A stretch of DNA of 64,000 bases from Candidatus Latescibacterota bacterium (GTDB lineage: Bacteria; Latescibacterota; UBA2968; GCA-2709665): contig OZ252100.1 of NCBI GenBank assembly GCA_965248435.1, forward strand, positions 1,440,001 through 1,504,000, given 5' to 3'. The position numbers and the translations under genes were made by a program. A model generated the notes under the pieces. That model was not told the DNA's origin, searched no databases, and worked only from the letters and a program-made list of their open reading frames with translations. The stretch's first letter is position 1; each line of letters opens with the position of its first letter. This document shows positions 58,428-64,000 of this stretch, piece after piece.

Positions 58428-59240
58428 TTAAAGGACTGCTGCTGTCGACCTAAAATCGAGACGCTCTCGAGTCGCCCAAATCGTGATCCACGGCGGCATT
58501 CTGCTTTGAAAATGGTTCCAGGATCCCGGTTTCGCATTCGGATCCCCGCCTTCCTCCTCCCACACGCCGATCACTCTCATTCCGAGTGAAATCATCGTAT
58601 TGACGATCGTGGTGAGGCTGTGGCGAAATTCGTGTGGACCCTTAACGCTCTTCCTCGTGCCATCCGGAGCTTTGAATTCCCAGAAAGGATCGGGGTCGCT
58701 AACTTCACTCCCATCCTCGAACGGCTCTGTGACGAGGTATCCCTCTCCATTCCACCGATCCCACACGGCGTGGGCATAAGGATTCGTGAAATGGATCCGG
58801 AAGAACCCTGCCGGTCGCAGGACGCGAACGGATTCAGCGATCACCTTCCTTGCATCAGGCACAAAGTTGATCCCGTGGGCCAGCCAGACGACATCGAAAC
58901 TCCGGGACTCAAGCACGGACAGATCCCGCATGTCTCCCTGGATCGTTTGAATAGACAAACCATAGTGATCCGCGGTCGCCCTATCCTTCGCGAGCTGACG
59001 CTCTGTAAGGTCCAGAACCGTTACCCGGGCGCCGAGAATGCCGAAAGCGGCGGACTGCTGTCCTCCAGAAGCCGCAAGACACAGGACATCCTTGCCCGCA
59101 ATCTCGATCTCTACTCCCTCGCGGTTGATGGCGCGATAGGCGGTCTCGTCCGTGAGCTCCATCCAGGGAATCGAGTACCCGATGCCTTCTTTGGAAAGTT
59201 CCTCCCACCGCTCTTTGTTGTACTTCGCGATGTCATCCAT
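58428..59240 (-). CDS. Class I SAM-dependent methyltransferase
   Basis: [25 protein letters not shown]. Confidence 0.9.
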   Translation of the reverse strand: MDDIAKYNKERWEELSKEGIGYSIPWMELTDETAYRAINREGVEIEIAGKDVLCLAASGGQQSAAFGILGARVTVLDLTERQLAKDRATADHYGLSIQTIQGDMRDLSVLESRSFDVVWLAHGINFVPDARKVIAESVRVLRPAGFFRIHFTNPYAHAVWDRWNGEGYLVTEPFEDGSEVSDPDPFWEFKAPDGTRKSVKGPHEFRHSLTTIVNTMISLGMRVIGVWEEEGGDPNAKPGSWNHFQSRMPPWITIWATRERLDFRSTAAVL

Positions 59241-59280
59241 GTGGAAGTCCTGCCTCAGGGATTCCCTCAGATTGCGATCC

Positions 59281-60507
59281 CTACGCCTCCTCCAGACTCA
59301 GCGTTCCCGAACCTCTTTCCCCACCAATTTTGGCGGCGTCGGGAAGTCGCTTCAGACGAGCCATCGAAACGATGCCGAACAGTGGGCCGACGGACAGCAG
59401 TGCGAACACCCAGTTCCAGGAGATCCAATCGACAAACACCGGCACCACGCGAATCGAGATCAGCGTAAGCAAGAACCCCATACAGGTCTGCAGGGTCAGT
59501 GCGGTTCCGACGTACGCGGAGTCGGCCAGCTCGGTAATGCTCGCCGAAAACTGAGCCGAGTCGGCGACGATCGTAAATCCCCAGATAAGACAGACCGTCA
59601 ACAGCAGCACGGGCGAGCCCGCGTAGAACATCCCTGCAACGACACAGCACAAACCGCTGATCAGCATCGATACGATCGTAATCGTCGTACGTCCGTAGCG
59701 GTCTGCGAGAATCCCGGCGAAAACACACCCGATGCCGCCAATCCCGATGACCGCGAATCCGCCGATCGCCGACCAGAATTCAGCATCATTCAAACCGCTT
59801 TCCGTAAAGCTTGAAAGGAGGAAGATCGGGATCCACGTCCAGACCGCGTAGAGCTCCCACATATGTCCGAGATAGCCGAAATTCGCCAGGCGCACGCCTC
59901 GATCGGCCATCGCCCTTCCGATGTAACGCCAGTCGAACCGCGTGCCCTTCGTGGCGTAGGGTCCATCTGTCACAACCAAGAGACAGATCAGTCCGCCGAT
60001 GAGTGAAGAGACCGAGGCCAGGAGCATCAGCTGCCGCCAGTCCGGGCCGCCGATGACCTTCAGAAGATGGGGCAGCGCAGACCCGACCGTCAGAGCACCC
60101 ACCAGCATGCCGATCGCCATGCCCCGCCCTTCCTTGAACCAGGTCGCCATGATCTTCATTCCGGGCGGGTAGACGCCTGCGAGACAGACGCCCGTGAAGA
60201 AGCGCAGCACGAGCGCCGGCTCTATACTGGTGACGAACAGGCCGATCGCACCGTTGAACAGGGCGCCCAGAAAAGCGCTCACCGAAAACAGGTAACGTGC
60301 ATTGAAAATGTCGGACAGATTCAGCAGGACGCTGACCAGCGTTCCCACGACGAATCCGATCTGCACCGACATCGTCAACCACGACCTGCCGGCGTCGTCC
60401 AGCTGCCACTCGGCCGTCAACGTCGGGGTCACCGCGGAGGCTGAAAACCACAACGCCATCCCGAGCAGCTCTGCGACAGAGAGGGCGAACAGAATGCGCC
60501 ATTTCAT
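59281..60507 (-). CDS. MFS transporter
   Basis: About 12 hydrophobic segments, LADRYGR, ADSAQFS. Confidence 0.92.
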   Translation of the reverse strand: MKWRILFALSVAELLGMALWFSASAVTPTLTAEWQLDDAGRSWLTMSVQIGFVVGTLVSVLLNLSDIFNARYLFSVSAFLGALFNGAIGLFVTSIEPALVLRFFTGVCLAGVYPPGMKIMATWFKEGRGMAIGMLVGALTVGSALPHLLKVIGGPDWRQLMLLASVSSLIGGLICLLVVTDGPYATKGTRFDWRYIGRAMADRGVRLANFGYLGHMWELYAVWTWIPIFLLSSFTESGLNDAEFWSAIGGFAVIGIGGIGCVFAGILADRYGRTTITIVSMLISGLCCVVAGMFYAGSPVLLLTVCLIWGFTIVADSAQFSASITELADSAYVGTALTLQTCMGFLLTLISIRVVPVFVDWISWNWVFALLSVGPLFGIVSMARLKRLPDAAKIGGERGSGTLSLEEA

Positions 60508-60575
60508 CTAGGCTCGCCCGTTTGCCATCATTGCTCGGATGTATAGCACCAGCCTCACCCTCACCGCGAACAGCC

Positions 60576-61361
60576 TCAAACGGCCGCCGCCTTTCCTCCG
60601 TCGATATTGATCGCCGTGCCGGTAATAAAATCGGCTCGCTCCGATACGAGGAAGGCGACGAGGTCGGCGACCTCGCGGGGCTCGCCGAGCCGTCCGAGCG
60701 GGATCTCCTTTCCCTCCGCTTCGCACCACGCCTCGAAACTGAGCTTGCTTCCTTCCCGCTTCCATCGCCGCTTCCACTGAGCGGTAATAATGTTGGTCAG
60801 GCAGACCGTATTCACGCGGATGTTGTCCTGAGCCGCATCCTTCGAGAGGGCCTTCGTGAACGCGATGCCGGCGGCCCGGGTGACCGACGTCGGCACAGAC
60901 TCACTCCCCGGAGACTTTCCGCCGGGGTGCGTGATGTTCACGATGCAACCGCCGCCCCGCTTCTTCATCTCTGGGATCGCTACCCGGCAGGATCGAACCG
61001 CTGCCCAGAGCTTCAGCGCGAAGTCTTCCTGCCAGATCTCTTCGGTCGCCTCATCGAAGTGGAAGGCGGCAGACCTCCCCGCGTTGTTGACCAGAATATC
61101 GAGTCCGCCGAATTCTTCCACAGCCGCGGATATAAACGCCTCGACCTCCTCGCTCTTCGTGACGTCACTCGGCCTGGCCTGCACCCGCGCGCCGGTCGCC
61201 TCGCGAATCTCGTCTGCGGCCGCGTCCAGAACATCCCTTCGGCGGGCGCAGATCGCGACGTGACAGCCCTCTTCGGCCAACTTGAGGGCCACCGCCTTCC
61301 CCACACCCTCGCTCGCGCCCGTCACAGCAGCGACCTTGCCCTTCAGGTTGAGATCTAGCAA
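60576..61361 (-). CDS. SDR oxidoreductase
   Basis: TGASEGVG, NNAG, INIDGG. Confidence 0.9.
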   Translation of the reverse strand: MLDLNLKGKVAAVTGASEGVGKAVALKLAEEGCHVAICARRRDVLDAAADEIREATGARVQARPSDVTKSEEVEAFISAAVEEFGGLDILVNNAGRSAAFHFDEATEEIWQEDFALKLWAAVRSCRVAIPEMKKRGGGCIVNITHPGGKSPGSESVPTSVTRAAGIAFTKALSKDAAQDNIRVNTVCLTNIITAQWKRRWKREGSKLSFEAWCEAEGKEIPLGRLGEPREVADLVAFLVSERADFITGTAINIDGGKAAAV

Positions 61362-61394
61362 GTTAAAGAAGCCTCCCTTTCAGCGTCGCGATTC

Positions 61395-61482
61395 TGGAGT
61401 ATTGCAGTACTGGAGTGTTGGAGTATTGGAAAACCTTGCATTTCCATTACTCCACTACTCCATTCCCCCATTACTCCAATCC
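61395..61482. repeat. GGAGTATT / TACTCCA octamer-type repeats in inverted arrangement
   Basis: ctggagtattgcagtactggagt is shared with 62548-62655. Confidence 0.75.
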
Positions 61483-61535
61483 CCCAGCATCTTTCTATTC
61501 GTTCCCCCAGCACTCGCAGCTTCTGCCCTTTTCTC

Positions 61536-62501
61536 TTATTCCCGCAATCCTGCCAATATCTTCTCCGCCAGCTCCATCGTCTTGACCGCCTCGTCCAGGT
61601 TCGCGGCCGGAAAAGTGATCGGACGATCCTCTTTGACGCAGTCGATGAAAAATCGGTCCTGTCTGGTCGTGGAATTGTCGTCCGCGTCGGATCGGTTCTC
61701 TCCCTCTCTGGTTTCCGGTTTCTTGTCCACGTAGATCGTGCATTGCTTGATTCCCTCGAGATAGGCTGAAATGCCGTCCCCGTGGATTTCGTAGCTTTCG
61801 CGCCTGTTGCCCGTTGTGAGGTTGAAGATCAGACTCGCGATACATCCGCTTTCGAACAGAACGGTCGCCGCGTGAACGTCCTTGTATGGAGTGATCGACC
61901 GCCGCACGATGCTCTGCACCTCGGCGACATCAGACTCCGCGAGCCCGCGAACGAGATCGATCGAGTGAATCGGCGATTCCCAAATGTAGTTGTCCAGCAG
62001 ATCCTCAGGAAACCTTCCCTGGCTCGCCTGGCCCACAATGTTCTTGTGAAACTCGCCCGTCATTTGGGTCACAGGCCCGCGGGCCCTCACCCGCTCGTAG
62101 GCCCACGTGACGTAGGGATTGAATCTGCGATCCCAACCGACCATCCCCTTCGCCCCCGTTTTCGCAGCTGCGTCTCGCAGCCCCCGCGTCTCGGCGGCAC
62201 TCATCCCGGGCGGTTTCTCCATAAGCGTATCTATCCCCTGCTCCAGGCAGGGCAGGGCAGCTTTCGCATTCAGAAACGCCGGCGTGGCGACGACGACCGC
62301 ATCCAGGTCCTCCTGGTCGAACATCTCTTCCGAGGAAGCATACCTTCCCTTTACATAATATTGATTGCCGGCTGCTTCCCTGGATTCTTCCACCGGGTCG
62401 CAAACCGCGACAAGGTCCACGTCTTCAAGGTCGTCCATAGCCTTGATATGATTCTTGCCCCTCCCACCACACCCGATCACTGCTACCCTCACTCTAGACA
62501 T
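61536..62501 (-). CDS. Gfo/Idh/MocA oxidoreductase
   Basis: VIGCGGRG, EKPP, HSID. Confidence 0.92.
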   Translation of the reverse strand: MSRVRVAVIGCGGRGKNHIKAMDDLEDVDLVAVCDPVEESREAAGNQYYVKGRYASSEEMFDQEDLDAVVVATPAFLNAKAALPCLEQGIDTLMEKPPGMSAAETRGLRDAAAKTGAKGMVGWDRRFNPYVTWAYERVRARGPVTQMTGEFHKNIVGQASQGRFPEDLLDNYIWESPIHSIDLVRGLAESDVAEVQSIVRRSITPYKDVHAATVLFESGCIASLIFNLTTGNRRESYEIHGDGISAYLEGIKQCTIYVDKKPETREGENRSDADDNSTTRQDRFFIDCVKEDRPITFPAANLDEAVKTMELAEKILAGLRE

Positions 62502-62547
62502 TCCTGATTCTCCCCTTTTGACACGTTACGTAACCAATTACCGGATT

Positions 62548-62655
62548 CTGGAGTATTGCAGTACTGGAGTGATGGAGTATTGGGAAATAACTCGGCAGTA
62601 TCTCAGCCCCAATTTTCCATTGACCCAAATACTCCAATACCCCATTACTCCAGCA
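62548..62655. repeat. Second GGAGTATT / TACTCCA element
   Basis: Same organisation as 61395-61482. Confidence 0.75.
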
Positions 62656-62670
62656 TTCGCGCTTTTTTCC

Positions 62671-63675
62671 CTATTTCTCCTTCAGCGCGCTGTTCCCCTG
62701 GATGCTACACCCGGCATACAGCACCTGCTGCACGGCTATGTCGTGTCCCAGGCTGTAGTCCGGCTCTTTTTCTCCGCGGATGCAGGCCGCGATCTCGCGC
62801 AGCAGAGACGGGAATTCAGGCGAACGCTCGAGCTTCAGTTCCTGCCACCCCTCCTTGTAGCCCTCCGATGCCGTTTCCAGGCAGAGTTCCAGATTTGGTG
62901 AGCCGATCCCGGCGTTGATCGCCGTTCCCCCCGTTCCGTGCACCTCGATGCGCCGCGCCATCCCGATCTCCATGCCTGCCATGTCGATCGTCCCCAGTCC
63001 ACTCCCGAACTCGTGCACGACAACGGCATTGTCCACTTCTCTCCGGTTGCCGTAATGTTTCCGAAGAACAGGATGAACCTCGGTCGGCTCGTCCATCAGC
63101 GTCACCATGATATCCACAAGATGCCCCGCCATCTCGAAATAGATCCCGCCTTCGTAGACGCTGAATTCAGAATCCAGCTCCGGGTGCCACGATTTGGGTT
63201 TGGGGATGTGTCCCCGGAAATAAAAAATGTCTCCCAGCACACCAAGGCGTGCGAGGCGCAAGATCTCATGAACAGCGGGACTGTAACGCCACATGTAGGC
63301 CATATGAAGGCGAAGCCCCTTGCGGACGGATAGATCCTGAATCCGCCGATACTGCTCGAGATCCACACCGGCCGGTTTTTCCAGCAGCACGTGCTTGCCC
63401 GCCTCGAGGGCCATTTCGGCATAGTCCAGATTTTGGTAGACGTGCCCCTCCGTGATCACGATCTCGGCGTCACTTTCAAGGACAGCTTCAGCAGACGGGA
63501 AAACCTTGATATCCGAAAACAGTTCCTTCCACCTCTCTTGATTCTTCGATATCACCGCTGGATCCGGATCATACATTCCGAGCAGCTGGATCTCGTCCGG
63601 TCGTTCCGCCGCCTCCCTGACGTGCATCACCGCGTGACTGTGCCAGGCACCCAGAAAAGCGAATTTTATTGGCAT
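62671..63675 (-). CDS. Gfo/Idh/MocA oxidoreductase
   Basis: GKHVLLEKP, GHLVD. Confidence 0.9.
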   Translation of the reverse strand: MPIKFAFLGAWHSHAVMHVREAAERPDEIQLLGMYDPDPAVISKNQERWKELFSDIKVFPSAEAVLESDAEIVITEGHVYQNLDYAEMALEAGKHVLLEKPAGVDLEQYRRIQDLSVRKGLRLHMAYMWRYSPAVHEILRLARLGVLGDIFYFRGHIPKPKSWHPELDSEFSVYEGGIYFEMAGHLVDIMVTLMDEPTEVHPVLRKHYGNRREVDNAVVVHEFGSGLGTIDMAGMEIGMARRIEVHGTGGTAINAGIGSPNLELCLETASEGYKEGWQELKLERSPEFPSLLREIAACIRGEKEPDYSLGHDIAVQQVLYAGCSIQGNSALKEK

Positions 63676-63718
63676 GTGATTCTCCGTCTGTTTTATATCA
63701 CCGTTTCTCTTGCCAGAT

Positions 63719-63952
63719 TTGTCATTCCGCTGAGGAACGAGCCCTGGAGGAATCTACTCGCTGAACATTTTGGTGACGTGCCAGTTGATGCATTTCCTGT
63801 TGAGATCCCTCCCTTTGGCTCGGGAGGACAGACGGGCCGCAGGCCTGGTGATCACCACCTAATTTACAGCCGATTTTGTCATTCCGAGTTGCCCTCGGCA
63901 GTTTGACGACGCCTCGGGATGAAGGTCAAGCAAAGCTGCAACGAGGAATCTC
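63719..63952. repeat. Degenerate TGTCATTCCG...GAGGAATCT palindromic repeats (two copies)
   Basis: tgtcattccg...ggaggaatct and tgtcattccgag...gaggaatctc; related to the element at 17607-17689. Confidence 0.55.
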
Positions 63953-64000
63953 AACAGTGAATATCTTACCGAACAGCAAGCGTGCGGGCACAAAAATCGG

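Noticed and set aside
61395-62655. Octamer repeats as CRISPR or iterons
   Set aside because: They are short degenerate units without unique spacers or a rep gene.

Overview
Bacterial chromosomal window. A GWxTD/TPR protein, PhyH dioxygenases and many Gfo/Idh/MocA and hydrolase genes suggest a Latescibacterota-like lineage (inference only). All but two credible genes lie on the minus strand. (1) Positions 1-9.7 kb hold a minus-strand integron-type cassette array with six attC/attC-like sites plus a degenerate head site, and no intI in the window. The cassettes are an APH(3')-III-like gene (runs off the window and is missing from the ORF track), an APH-fold kinase, a peptidase E with a nonsense codon, two GNATs and an inverted PhyH gene ending in -AKL. 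The first cassette is a tyrosine recombinase + IS91-type Y2/HUH transposase unit carrying its own attC-like hairpin. An IS621-like IS110 element sits in the R' box of one attC. Its bridge-RNA guides, donor junction and circle-junction promoter can be read from the sequence and point at the attC core. (2) Positions 9.8-35 kb are a mosaic of catabolic and hydrolase genes with many truncated or internally deleted remnants, an 18-30 bp direct repeat in three copies, a MITE, REP-like elements and a terminator-containing leader before marC. (3) Positions 35-63.7 kb are a dense co-oriented run of small cassette-type genes (GNAT, methyltransferase, VOC, NUDIX, SDR, CPT-like, AadA-like) containing a half-attC relic. 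No rRNA, tRNA or CRISPR array was recognised. Family assignments come from motif recognition, not database searches.
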